In this document: positions 36,161-49,207 of the stretch, piece after piece
How positions within the stretch are numbered: position 1 is the first letter of the stretch
Layout of the letters: every line of letters starts with the position of its first letter
Assembly (NCBI GenBank): GCA_038087875.1
Contig: CM075988.1
Location: 18,106,001 to 18,170,000, forward strand
Source of the DNA: Malacoraja senta
Taxonomy: Eukaryota
DNA length: 64,000 nucleotides
Direction: 5' to 3'
Notes under the pieces: model-generated
Database searches by the model: none
What the model was told of the DNA's origin: nothing
Seen by the model: the letters and a program-made list of their open reading frames with translations, nothing else
Made by a program: the position numbers and the translations under genes

Positions 36161-36939
36161 CTTGGGCTAAAAAAAATTGATAGAGGTCCAAATTTTACTT
36201 AACTCAGAAAATTAGTTGAAAAGGTTAAAAATTGGTAAATGTTAATTTTTAAATCTAGCCTCGAGTACAGAGCTCCAGCGGCTTAGAGAAAGGAATGAAA
36301 ACGTTGGCAGAAAATGCTGATTGGATTTATTGATGGTAATTGTTCAGCGTGTTGAACGCGCTGGGAAAATACCACGGACGTTCTGAGGGTGTATTTTGAC
36401 TGCATGATGAGGAGGCAAATTAAAATGTTTACATGAACAACGAACAGGCTGCGCATCTGTAAAGATAAGGCCAGGCAAGGACAACAGCCATTAATCCTTT
36501 GCTTAAGTGCACATCTTGTATCTGTGCTGATAAACCAAGCGGATGAGTGTGAAATCCACCAAGTGCCATCCATTTAATGGCTCTCTCCTCTCAATCACTG
36601 TCCTTGGGTGCAATGCATTCTTCACCACCAGTCTCAGCACCAATCCCCCCCCGTATTACTCTGCATGCAGGACAGAGAAAACACACACAAACGGTGGTGG
36701 GTGCATGGAACGAGCAGCCGGAGGAGGTAGTTGAGGCAGGGGCTATCGCAATGTTTAAGAAACATTTAGACAAGTTACATGGATAGGATGGGTTTAGAGG
36801 GATGTAGCCAGACGCAGGCAGATGGGACCAGTGTAGATGGGACATGTTGGCCGGTGTGGGCAAGTTTCCATGCTGTATGACTCTATGACTCGAACAATGA
36901 AACTAATTGTAGAAATATTCAATGAAGCTAACAACTAAA

Positions 36940-37458
36940 GGAGGTCCAACTGCAGTTGTACAGGGCCCTGGTGATACCACACCTGGAGTATTGTGTGCAG
37001 AAGGACGCTCTTGCTATTGAGGGAGTGCAGCGTCAGTTCACCAGGTTATTTCCCGGGATGGCGGGACTGACATATGATGAACGAATGGATCGACTGGGCT
37101 TATATTCACTAGAATTTAGAAAGATGAGAGGGGATCTTACAGAAACATATACAATTCTTAAGGGATTGGACAGGCTAGATGCAGGAAAAAAATGCTCCCA
37201 ATGTTGGGGGAGTCCAGAACCAGGGGTACAGTTTCAGAATAAGGGGTAAGCCATTTAGGACTGAGATGAGGAAATACTTTTTCACCCAGAGAGTTGTGAA
37301 TCTGTGGAATTCTTTGCCACAGAAGGCAGCGGAGGCCAATTCACTGGATGTTTTCAAAAGAGAGTTAGATATAGCTTTTAGGGCTAATGGAATCAAGGTA
37401 TATGGGGAAAAAGCAGGAACGGGGTACTGATTTTGGATGATCAGCCATGATCATATTG
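36940..37458 (+). mobile_element. CR1 3' end
   Basis: LYRALVIPHLEYCVQ...[15 protein letters not shown]...GTGY*. Confidence 0.9.
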
Positions 37459-37830
37459 AGAAATCAGCAGAAAAGGAATAGGTGACATTCTGGGTCGAGA
37501 CCCTTCATCAGACTGAGAGTCGGGACAAATAAAGACAAAATGTTCCATGCCTGGAATGTTTCATCTGGACCATAGTGGACAACCGTAACTCAGCGAGTCC
37601 TGACTCAAAACATCACCTACATTTCTCCAGAAATGCTGCCTGAACCGCTGAGTTACTCCAGCTTTATGTGTCTATGTTTGTTTTAAACCGGCATCTGCAG
37701 TTCCTACATAGATTATTCTACCATTTGTATTTCCATTTATTCATTTTGTTTACTCGTGATCGGATTTGGAAATGCTAATGCTGGTTTAGGCAACAGTATT
37801 TTCAACATGGATCATAGCAAGGTTGTGCCT

Positions 37831-38114
37831 TTTAGTTTAGTCCAGTTTAGTTTAGTTTAGTTTGGAGAAACAATGTGGAAACAGGCCCATAGGGGCACTT
37901 TACACTTAGGGACAATTTACATTTATACCAAGCCAATTAACCTACAAACCTGTACGTCTTTGGAGTGTGGGAGGAAACCGAAGATATCGGAGAAAACCCA
38001 TGTGGTCACGGGGAGAACGTATAAACTCCCTACAGACAGCACCCGCAGTTGGGATCGAACCCGGGTCTCTGGCGCTGCAAGCGCCGTTAGGCTGCAACTC
38101 TACCGCTGCGCCAC
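37831..38114 (-). mobile_element. HE1-type SINE
   Basis: (tttag)n tail, gggatcgaacccggg B-box complement, ctctaccgctgcgccacc head. Confidence 0.88.
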
Positions 38115-38454
38115 CTTTCTCAAAGTGCCAGCTGTATGTGATGCCCTCTGTACTTAAAGAGCCAGATATCGGTAACACTGTTTTCCTGTTTATTAATTAA
38201 TCTGCATCGAGCTTGCCAAAATTCTCATCAACGTGAGGCTAATGTGTGAGGAACTTGCTGACTCGGCAAGCACAAACAAATACGAGGCAGGCCATGTCTG
38301 AGCTAATGATTTATGCCAATCTGAGGCTTCTAATTAAGTTCCTGCAATATATTTAGTGGCTCCCCTCTTCCCACAGGCCGTGGATTGATGATCTTGCCAG
38401 CAAATTCTAGTGCACACATGATCTGCCCGAAGTAGGAGACATTTTATAAAGAGT

Positions 38455-38718
38455 TACTTTACTTTAGTAACTTTAGAGATACAGCGTGGAAACAGCGATC
38501 GACTGGCGATTCCCGCACAATTTACAATTTTACCAAATCCAATCAACCTACAAACCTGTACATCTTTGGAGTGATGGAGGAAACCAGAGCACCCGGAAAA
38601 AGCCCACGCGGTCACAGGGAGAACGAACAAACTCCGTACAGAAAGCACCCGTAGTCTGGATCGAACTGGGCGTCTGGCGCTGGAAGGCAGAGGAGCTCTA
38701 CCGCTGCGCCACTGTGCC
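38455..38718 (-). mobile_element. HE1-type SINE
   Basis: Same head and core as the other copies. Confidence 0.85.
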
Positions 38719-38738
38719 TGCTCTTTAGGTGAGATGTT

Positions 38739-38875
38739 GGGGTGGAAGATTGCAACCTTCACGTGGTCCGCCCTGTTTCGACTAATGCAATCAACTCGAC
38801 GTGCACAAACAGAAGATCAAATAGAACAAGTTGTCCAACAACTTTAGGCTGTGCACGCCACACGAAAGAAGAAGA
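38739..38875 (+). mobile_element. 137-bp retroposed insertion with (GAA)n tail and 12-bp TSD (RTE-type)
   Basis: aggtgagatgtt at 38727-38738 and 38876-38887. Ends ggctgtgcacgccacacgaaagaagaag. Confidence 0.75.
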
Positions 38876-41485
38876 AGGTGAGATGTTAAAGCAAGGGTCC
38901 ACCAAGCGATGAGACAAGGCTAGGTCGCACCTCCCATCCTTGATGGACCACATCTCCCGTGGTCCTCACCTCCGTGACCTCCGCAAAGTGCCACAACTGC
39001 TGCAGACCCACAGAGGCCAAGGTGTAATAGTGCCCTCACTCTGATGAGTGTGCACTTACAGTATTTCAACCGACATCTCTCCTCAGCGGGGATGTGCGTT
39101 TCCACGGTAACCTTGCTATTGGTTAACCCTTCACCCACACACGGCCTATATTTAGGCGAGAACAAGTTGTGCTGCAGATGGTGTTAACGTGCGTGTGAAG
39201 GTTTCCTTTGTAGTCGGTGAGATGTTTGGAGCCGCAGTATGTGGCACTCCGTCGGTACAGCCAGGTGCCGCACAGCAGGCTGCAGAGGGAGACCTACATT
39301 ATTAATGATTAACCGCGCAAAGATAATTCAAGGAGTCGGCTTACAATAAACACGACTGCTACATTGAAGGCTGCGTTTCTATGCAACATCAATGCTGGAA
39401 TGTTACAGCCCGTGACATCGTGCTGGCGAGGATTGATCTCCTAAATCCTCATCTATAACATCATGAGAGCAATAGATAGGGTTGATTGATTGATTTATTG
39501 ATTCATAGATTCATTATTATCACATGATCATGAGCGGAATAGATCGGGTGGATGCACAGTCTCTTGCCCAGAGTAGGGGAATCGAGGACCAGAGGACACA
39601 GCTTTAAGGTGGAGGGGGGAATTAATTTATAGGAATCTGACGGGTGACTTTTCCACGCCAAGGTATGGACGAGGTGACCGGAGGAAGTAGTTGAGGCTGG
39701 GACTATGGTAAGGTTTAATAAGCAATTAGACAGGTACATGGATAGGACAGGTTTAGAGGGATACGGGCCAAATGCAGGCAGGTAGGAATAGCGTAGAAGG
39801 AACATATTGGTCGATGTGAGCAAGTGGGGTCGAGGGGCCTGTTTCCACGCTGTATCACTCTATGACTATGTACTCAGTACAGTGAAATTCTTAGTTTTGT
39901 ATTCAATACATACGCAAGTATGCAAAGAGTCGCCTTATATTGGGAGCTGACAAAGTTACAAGTAAATGCACAGAATAAAGAACCAGGAGGACATAGGTTT
40001 ATGGTGGGTAGGGGGGGAGGGATGATGATTTGGAGCCGAAGGGCCAGTTTCTACGCTGTTTCTCTCAACTAAACTAAACTAAACTAAACTGGGTAGATGA
40101 CATTTGGGGCAGGGACCATTTTTTCAGACTCCTGCCATCCAGCTTTGGTAAGTGGCTGCTGTGCACGCAGCAACAGAGTATTTGGGGTTTCACACATTGA
40201 AAGAGGTAAATGAGTGATGGAGCCACGACTGGTTTAGCAGATTTAGACATTGCCTCCAACGTAAGGGGAACTGAACTATGCTTAATTGTACAATGATATT
40301 AACGGTGCACTGGGACTGGTGTGGAGGGATCTTCGTTCTCTCTGCTCTGCTGATCTCTGGATGAGACACTGGGCTGCAGCCTTGTCTGACCTTGCAGCAG
40401 AAGGGCAACGACCTTGCAGCAGAAGGGCAACGAAATGGCAAAGAGTTAGCAGCTGAGGATAAAGGCCCTCGCACGTGGTGATGTCCACGCATCTGCTCCC
40501 TGTTTCCCACCACAGTGGCCGCACTTCAAGTCTATTGGCTGCAACTGTCGTGTGTTATCCCAGAATCATGAACAAAGCCAGGCAGCTGTTGAGTTTTTTT
40601 TTGTTTTAACAATCAAGGAAAGAAGTTATTAAACGCTGTCACCATTTCATACCTTCATAAGTGATAGGAACAGAATTAGGCCATTCGGCCCATCAAGTTA
40701 ATCATGGCTGATCTATCTTTCCCTCTCAACCCCATAACCTCTGACACACGCACTACTCAAGAATCTATCAATCGCCACCTTCAAAATATCCATTGACTTG
40801 GTCTCCACAGCCTTCTGGAGCAATGAATTCCACCCTCTGACTAAAGAAATTCCCCTTCCTCTCCTTCCCAAAGATATGTCTTTATAATCTGAGGCTGTGG
40901 TCTCTGGTGCTCTATTTCCCATTTATTGGCCCTTAAATTTCTAACGAGATTTAAAACACACTCATTTCTGGCATACATTGCAAGGCTCCCTATTCTGCCT
41001 GGCATTGGTAGCATTACAGAATCTGGGATAAATACAAGGACCGACCATTTATTAACTAATAGTATTTTTGAATGTGGTTTACATTTGAAAGTGTTGTATG
41101 TTACACACTGAGGGATCTGTGCTGGCCTTTGAGAAGCAGAACCCACTGACTGTCAGTGCACTGACCAAAAAAAAAAATAGACAGATGGGTGAATAAAGTA
41201 GAAGACAGAGATTTTAACACCTCCACTAATTTTTCTCACACAACAACCCATAAATAGAGAGGAGCATTCGCAACGGGCCCTGAAGGAGTTACGTAAAAGA
41301 TCGTCCATTTGTGACGGAGATAAGGAAGAATGTCATTAGCCAGAGAGTCACGAATCCTTGGAAATCAAGCCCCAGAGAATTGGCGTCGAGTCGTGCAGCA
41401 TGGAAACAGGCCCTTCGGCCCAACCCGTCCATGCCGGCCATCAGCTACCTATCCAATCCCAGCAGGTGGTCCATAGGCTTCAATG

Positions 41486-41698
41486 TGTGTTGGAAAGAAC
41501 TGCAGATGCCGGTTTAAATTGAAGGTAGACACAAAATGTTGGAGTAACTCAGCGGGACAGGCAGCATCTCTGGAGAGAAGGAATGGGTGACGCTTCGGGT
41601 CGAGACCCTTCTTCAGTCTTGACCCGAAACGTCACCCATTCCTTCTCTCCAGAGATGCTGCCTGTCCCGCTGAGTTGCTCCAGCATTTTGTGTCTACC
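41486..41698. repeat. Penelope-derived inverted pair (near-perfect ~80-bp arms)
   Basis: ggtagacacaaaatg...gggtgacgcttcgggtc and gacccgaaacgtcaccc...cattttgtgtctacc. Confidence 0.85.
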
Positions 41699-43182
41699 AT
41701 AGCCTTCAATCCCTGGCTGATTCAAGGATCGTTTAGATGCCACTGAAATGTTCTGAGAGTTTCTGCCTCTCCCTTTCCTCAGGCACTGCGTTCAAGTTTG
41801 CAGCCAACCTCTGGGTAAAATTGTTCACATCTTCTCACAGCCTCTCCCCGCTGGTTTTGGACACCGCTGCAATGGGGAAAATGTTCCTCCTATCTACCCT
41901 ATCCGAACCCATACCCCTCATAATTTTATCACACCTCAATCAGCTCCCCCTGGTTCAAGAAAATCACTTCCAGCCTCTCCAGTCTCCCCACATAACCCAA
42001 ATGCCCCATCTCAGGTAATATCCAGGTGAATCTCCTTTGCACCATCTCCAGTGTAGTCATGTCTCTCCTATGGTGTGTACAGTACTCCATCTGTGCCATG
42101 CCATTGTTTTAGGAAGCTGTCCCATAAATTCATAAGTTTATGTTTATTAGTCATTGGAGCAGAATTAGGCCACTCGGCCCATCGGGTCTCCTCGGACATT
42201 TAATCATGGCCTGATCAATCTTTCCCTCTCAACCCCATTCTCTTGCCTTCTTGCCATAACCCCTGACACCCTTACTAATCAAGAATCTGTTCATCTCCAC
42301 CTTTAAAATATGCATTGGCTTGGCCTCCACAGCTTTATTATTCTGTTGCTGCTAGATGTGACAATGAAACACCCTTGCCGTGACTCTTGACTTTAGACTT
42401 AAGAGATACAGCACGGAAACAGGCCCTTCGGCCCACCGAGACTGCTACGACCAGCGATCACCCCGTACACTAGCACCACCCTACGCACCAGGGACAATTT
42501 ACAATTGTACCAAAGCCAGTTTACTGCCGCCCTGATTTGCAGTATGGATTTTGGCTTCGCAGAATTGTGGTCTGGTTAGCCGATAATACTGTTTATTAAT
42601 TGTTTGTATTATTAATTATGCTCCGTTTATTTGCGTGTTCTTGCATCAATGGGCCTGCATAGCTGCAAGTAGGAATTCTGTTGTTCTGTTGCTGGTAGAG
42701 GTGACAATCAAACACCCTTGACTTGACTCTTGAGACCTTTTTCAGGACCCTGACGTAAGCCTCTGTCCCATCCGTGAGCATCTATCCTCTGTCAGCACAA
42801 AGACACCTGGTCTTCTTACTTCATTACCTCTTCCAGTGAGCCGGCCTCCTCTCATTAGTTCACTCTGTTTTCAAATTATAGAGAGTGACCTTCTACATAT
42901 GATGGCAAATTTGAAACAGGCTCTTTATATTTATTTCCTGGGACTTTTTAATTAAAAATTGATTTTTGTGGGAGCATAGTTAATGAAATCCTCTTTCCTG
43001 CAAGTTTAGTGAACCAACAGCACCAGATATTTGTGAAAAATAGAGACCTTTAATAGGCCATAACTTTGCCGTAGAGTATCCAATTCAGGTGATTCATATT
43101 TTGAAACGACACATAGAAGGAACAAATATATAAAAAGTATATTTTATTGATCAACAAAACTATTGTTTTGTTACTTAATCAT

Positions 43183-43470
43183 TTAGTTTAGTTGAGAGAT
43201 ACAGCACGGAAACAGGTGGTTCAACTCACCAAGTCCATGCTGACCAACGATCACCGGTTCACAGTATCCCACTTTCTCATTCACTCTCGACACACTGGGG
43301 ACAATTTACAGTGGGCCAATTAACCTGAAAACGTGTACGTCTTTGGAATGTGGTAGGAAACCAGAGCACCCTGCGGAAACCCACGTGGTCACAGAGAGAA
43401 CGTGCAAACTCCACACAAACAGCGCCTGAGGTCAATATCGAACCCAGGGCTCTGGCGCCATGAGGCAGTG
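43183..43470 (-). mobile_element. HE1-type SINE
   Basis: Tail, core and B-box complement are present. Confidence 0.8.
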
Positions 43471-43565
43471 GTTGCATCAAGTTCTGAATGCTATTTGTCC
43501 TTTTTTCCTCGGGCAGCTGATTGCCATGAAGGGTGTCATACTGTGTGCAGCAGCAGCAGGCAAAA

Positions 43566-43777
43566 TGTGTAGGAAGGAAAAGCAGATGCTGGTTTATACT
43601 GGAGACAGCACACAAAGTGCTGGGGTAACCCAGCGTGGTCAGGCAGCATCTCTGGAGAAAAAGGACGGGTGACGTTTCGTGTCTGAAGAAGGGTTCCGAC
43701 CCGAAACGTCACCTGTCCTTTTTCTCCAGAGATGCTGCCTAGCCTGTTGAGTTGCTCCAGCACTTTGTGTCTATCTG
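43566..43777. repeat. Penelope-derived inverted pair with an intact hammerhead core on the plus strand (43683-43710)
   Basis: gt-CTGAAGA-agggttccgaccc-GAAAC-GTC-ac. Confidence 0.78.
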
Positions 43778-43931
43778 TCAGCAGCAGACCCAGGCTGTGG
43801 GACGGGTCCGCGGCGGACGAAGACTATGGATGGGAAGTCGATCTCCATCACAGCCACGCAGAGTCTCGGCGTTCCCAGGCTAAAGCAACGACACCGCTTC
43901 AGAACCTGCATGCACTTAGAAAGATGCGAAA

Positions 43932-46210
43932 TGGCCATACCTTTATAAAGTATTGCAAAAATTTAACATGGGAGAGAATTTCGTTTCATGGGTTAAATTA
44001 CTATATGATAAGCCGACAGCTAGAATACTGACTAATAATATGTTATCTTTAAAATTTCATTTAACAAGGGGCAATAGACAGGGGTGTGCACTATCACCCC
44101 TACTATTTGCACTTGTGATAGAGCCTTTAGCAGAAAGTATAAGAAGCCATCCGAATATTCGGGGATATAATACCAAAGATTCAAATAATAAAATCTCACT
44201 ATACGCAGACGACGTATTATTATACATCACAAATTCGCAAATTAGTATACCAAACATACTAAATGTAATAGAGGAATTTGGCTCCTTTTCACGATATAGA
44301 ATAAATTGGAAGAAAAGCGAGATTATGACGTTAAAACCACAAGACTCGACACATCTGTTAAAATTTCCCTTTAAAATTGCAACAGAAAAATTTAAGTATT
44401 TGGGTATCCAAATCACTAGAAAATATAAATCATGATTTAAGGCAAATGTTATGCCTTTACTAACTAAACTGAATGGGTTGATTAAATTCTGTAAAACCTT
44501 GCAGATGTCTTATAGGTAGAATAAATGCTATAAAAATGATTTTTCTACCACAAATATTATACCTATTTCAATCTATTCCAATATACTTACCAAAAAACTT
44601 CTTTAAAAAATTAGATTCTAGTATTACTAATTTCATATGGGACTATAGAGCGGATAGAATCCAAAGAAAACATTTGTGTAAACCTAAAGAACTTGGGGGA
44701 CTGACACTCCCAAACTTTTTAATCTACTACTGGGCAGTACATATTAAAAACATAATTAATTGGTTGGACAGCTCTCCACAACAGGTAGAATGGATAAGAA
44801 TGGAGAAAGAGGATTGTTCTCCTTTTAATATAGGAGCGATCCTCTTCTCCCCGATAAAATTAAACAATACAATATATAAGAAGAACCCAATTATTCACAA
44901 CACAATTCGAATTTGGAAACAAATAAAACTAACTTTGAAAGTAAGAAATTTATCGCTTTTAACTCCAATAGTAAATAACCCCTCATTCAAGCCATCTCTT
45001 ATTGATAAAGCGTATACCTTTTGGGAAAGATTAGGAATTAAAAGCTTTGGAGATTTGTATGAAGTGGGAATCTTTTTATAATTTCAACAACTACAATTAA
45101 AATACAACTTGAAAAATAATCAATACTTTAAATACTTTCAAATCAGAGATTATTTGAAACAACACATACAAGGATACCAAAATATAACTTTAGATCCACT
45201 AGAGGAAGCGATGAATATTAAAGCAGATTCAAGCAATTTAATATCATACTTATATAATATTATTTTAAATATAGAAATTCCATCGACAGAGGCAATTAGA
45301 GAAAATTGGGAACAAGAATTACAGATGAAAATTGCGAAAGAAGCATGGGAAAAATACCTGATATATATACATAAATGTTCGATTAATGCAAAACATAATT
45401 TAATCCAATTCAAAATTTTACATAGACTATATTACTCGAAAACTAGATTGAATACATTTTATCCAAATATCTCACCAATATGTGATAAAAAGCTTAGCTG
45501 AGACACACTATTTTGTCTCCTGTATAAAACTTCATAAATTCTGGAATGAAATTTTTGAAATTTTTACAAAATTATTTAATAGAAGACTGGAACTGAATAC
45601 AGAATTGATTATCTTTGGATCAATGGAAGATGGGAATACGCTAAATACGTATTAAAAATCCTTACTTAATTACGGTTTAATAATGGCAATAAAACTCATA
45701 CTTAAATTTAAAAATTCGCCAACACCAACGGTGAAAATGTGGATTTCAAATCTGTCAGAAATGGCATATCTTGAAGAAATAAGACTCCTTCTAGTAGGTA
45801 AGGTAGACCTCTTCTTATTGATATGGTCTCCCTTTAACGGCTTTCTACAAGCATATGGTGCAACACAATGATAGGAATATAATGGTTCAGAAATAGGTGA
45901 CTGGGGGTAGGATTATCAATTAGATATATCGCTTTCAATCTCCTTTCCTCTTCTCTTTTGTTTCTCTTTTCTTTCTTCTCTTTGTTTCTCTTTTTTTTTT
46001 TTCTAGGGCTATTTTGCTATCTCTCGCAACACTTCATCTCAATCTTTCCTTTTGTAATCTTTCATTTCTTATTTTGCTTCATTATTAAATTAAAAATAAG
46101 AAGTTGTATATGAAATGTAATATGTCAATAAGTATTAGGTACTTTGGTACCACATTATTGTACTTACTTCTAAAAAATAAATTAAAAAAATTTGAGAAAC
46201 AAAAAAGAAA
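43932..46210 (+). mobile_element. L1-clade LINE, 5'-truncated 2.3 kb, disrupted ORF2
   Basis: TRGNRQGCALSPLLFALVIEPLA, SLYADD, LGGLTLPN and a Cys-rich C-terminal remnant. T-rich 3' UTR and A-rich tail. 14-bp TSD agaaagatgcgaaa at 43918-43931 and 46211-46224, at a TT/AGAA site. Confidence 0.95.
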
Positions 46211-46224
46211 AGAAAGATGCGAAA

Positions 46225-46553
46225 AGGGAGGCAGGGTGGCGCAGCGGTAGAGTTGCTACCTTACAGTGCTTGCAGCGTCGGAGACCCGGGTTCGATCCCG
46301 GCTACGGGTGCTGTCTGTACGGAGTTTGTACGCTCTCCCCGTGACCTGCGTGGGTTTTCTCCGAGATCTTCGGTTTCCTCCCACACTCCAAAGATGTACA
46401 GAGTTGTAGGTTAATTGGCTTGGTATAAATGTAAAATTGTCCCTAGTGTGTGTCGGGTAGTGTTAATGTGCAGGGATCACTGGTCGGAGCGGGCTCGGTG
46501 GGCCGAAGGGCCTGTTCCCGCGCTGTATCTCCAAACTAAACTAAACTAAACTG
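46225..46553 (+). mobile_element. HE1-type SINE, full length
   Basis: ggtggcgcagcggtagag A box, gggttcgatccc B box, core, (ctaaa)n tail. Confidence 0.92.
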
Positions 46554-46587
46554 AAGTAAAATTATCAGAATGGACTGGTAAATGTAA

Positions 46588-46822
46588 CAGAAACATAGAA
46601 GCATAGAAAATAGGTGCAGGAGTAGGCCATTCGGCCCTTTGAGCCAGCACCGCCATTCAATATGATCATCCAAAATCAGTACCCCGTTCCTGCTTTCTCC
46701 CCATGTCCATTGATTCCGTTAGCTCTAAGATCTATATCTAACTCTCTCTTGAAAACATCCTGTGAATTGGCCTCCACAGCCTTCTGTGGCAGAGAATTCC
46801 ACAGATTCACAACTCTCTGGGT
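46588..46822 (-). mobile_element. CR1 3' end
   Basis: TQRVVNLWNSLPQKAVEA...GTGY*. Confidence 0.88.
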
Positions 46823-47730
46823 GTAATCTACTGTCTTAATTTGTGAACCATAAAGCAAACGGCAAGTTTCATGACCGGAGCCTTGCCGGAGAAGAGCTGT
46901 CTGTGGCAAGGAATTGTTAATTGCTCAATTTCCGAGAACAAGAATTAAGAACAGACCATCAGACAACAGCACACCGCAGCCCCAGGGAGTATATGATCTT
47001 TAAAGAGAATTATGCTAATCCCCCGCAACCTCTTCTGTGCATCTGTTCTGGCATTATCTATGGCAGAATTAGCAGGTCGAAGGAATGCTGATATAATAGA
47101 GGCAGTCTGGTGCCTACAGCCCTGTTCACGGATCATTCTACACCTTGCGCACGCTGCTCTCGGTACATGTTTATATATACAGTAAGTATACATTATATGT
47201 AGTTCTATATAATTATATTATACATATGTACCTCACAATGTGCACACCTGTATTTGATCGATTGATACTTTATTATCACATGTGACATGTCCCAGTGAAA
47301 TTCTTTGTGTTGCAGACCATACACAAGGTATGCAAAGAGTCGCCATGTATAGGGCACCGACAATGTTACAAAGTGTTCAATGTAGTCCCCAATGTTCCCT
47401 CGGTGGCATGTCCTCGACGGACCTCCGGCACCCACCGTGGGCCCGACCGACTCTGGCGGCCACCGTGGGCCCGACGACTCCGCCACCCACGCGGCCCCTC
47501 TCTCGCTGTGTGTTCAGTATTGTGAGAGGTTTGCTCGTGTACACTGGAGATTCTCCAAACAATGACAGCAGCATGTTGTTTGGCCTGTCCCCAGATAACA
47601 AGTGTGTGTGGACTGCAGTGTGGACAGCACGAGCTCTCTCACGGCTAGACCTACCTGTGTCCCTGACCCACTTGCTGCTGTAAGGGAACAATTGGTTACA
47701 CTTCAGACTGCACAGGAAAGTGCGCAGAGG

Positions 47731-47950
47731 GCTGGCAGGGTGGCACGGCTGGTAGAGCCACTGCCTCACAGCGTCGGGGACCCGGGTTCGATCCTGATCT
47801 CGGGTGCTGCCTGTGTGGAGTTAGCATGTTCTCCCTGTGACCGCGTGGTTTCCCCCGGGTCCTCCGGTTTACTCCCACACCACAAAGATGTGCCAGTTTG
47901 TAGGTTAATCGTCCCTCTGTAAATTGTCCTCAGTGTGTAGGGAGTGGAGG
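47731..47950 (+). mobile_element. HE1-type SINE
   Basis: gggttcgatcct B box and core. Confidence 0.82.
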
Positions 47951-48065
47951 AAAAAGTGAGAAACTGAGGGGTAATCTTTTTACACAAAGGGTGGTAGGTG
48001 TATAGAATGAGCTGCCAGAGGAGGTAGTTGAGGCAGGTGCTATCACAATGTTTAAAAATACATTT

Positions 48066-48192
48066 GTGTGGGAAGGAACTGCAGATGCTGGTTTATTCCG
48101 TAAGATAGACACAAAATGCTGGAGTAAGTTCAGGCAGCATCTCGGGAGAAAGGGAATAGGTGACGTTTCGGGTCGGAACCCTTCTTCAGACT
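48066..48192 (-). ncRNA. Penelope-derived repeat with an intact hammerhead core (48158-48192), inserted in a CR1 fragment
   Basis: Minus strand: cagt-CTGAAGA-agggttccgaccc-GAAAC-GTC-acct. The host CR1 (47960-48065, 48215-48345) flanks it. Confidence 0.65.
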
Positions 48193-48454
48193 GGTCTATC
48201 TAAAAAATAAAAATCTGGACAGTACATGGATAGGACAGGTTTAGAGGGATATGGGCCAAATGCAGGCAGGTGGGACTAGGGTCAATATGGGCATGTTGGG
48301 TCAAAGGGCCGGTTTCCACACTGTATCATTCTATGACTCTAATCTACACGATGACTAATCTATGACTCTATCAAACACAAGCATGTTTAAAATAAAATAT
48401 TCAGTGCAACCAGCAAGATTTGAAGTGTCTGAAGTCCCATTTATATCAATGGGT

Positions 48455-49135
48455 CGATGGTGGAAAGGGTCAAGAGCTTCAAATTCCTGGGTGTGCACAT
48501 CTCTGAAGATCTCTCCTGGTCCGAGAACACTGATGCAATCATAAAGAAAGCACATCAGCGCCTCTACTTCCTGAGAAGTTTACGGAGTGTCGGTATGTCA
48601 AGGAGGACTCTCTCTAACTTCTACAGGTGCACAGTAGAGAGCATGTTGACCGGTTGCATCGTGGCTTGGTTCAGCAACTTGAGTGCCCAGGAGCGGAAAA
48701 GACTACAAGAAGTAGTAAACACTGCCCAGTCCATCATCGGCTCTGACCTCCCTACCATCGAGGGGATCTATCGCAGTCGCTGCCTCAAAAAGGCTGGCAG
48801 CATCATCAAGGACCCACACCATCCTGGCCACACACTCATCTCCCCACTACCTTCAGGTAGAAGGTACAGGAGCCTGAAGACTGCAACATCCAGGTTCAGG
48901 AATAGCTACTTCCCCACAGCCATCAGGCTATTAAACTCAACTCATACAAAACTCTGAACATTAATAGCCCATTATCTGTATATTTGCACTTTATCAGTTT
49001 ATTTATTCATGTGTGTATATATTTATATAATGGTATATGGACACACTGATCTGTTCTGTAGTCATGCCTACCATATTCTGTTGTGCTGAAGCAAAGCAAG
49101 AATTTCATTGTCCTATCTGAATCTTGAATCTTGAA
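48455..49135 (+). mobile_element. Rex1/Babar-like LINE 3' end (open 166-aa C-terminus)
   Basis: VERVKSFKFLGVHISEDLSWS...KKAHQRLYFLR...FYRCTVESMLT...LPSGRRYRS...SYFPTAIRLLN. (aatcttg)n tail. Confidence 0.9.
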
Positions 49136-49193
49136 GTCACGCAGTTGTTTCTTGTTTCTTTATAACTGGCTTGTAACTTTATAATTGACAAGA

Positions 49194-49207
49194 CCACCAG
49201 GGGGCGC
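49194..49207 (+). promoter_or_regulatory. CTCF core consensus match
   Basis: CCACCAGGGGGCGC matches the vertebrate CTCF core. Occupancy is unknown. Confidence 0.5.

Noticed and set aside
46225..46310. tRNA gene
   Set aside because: A/B boxes are present but run into the SINE core and tail. It is one of many HE1-type SINE heads.
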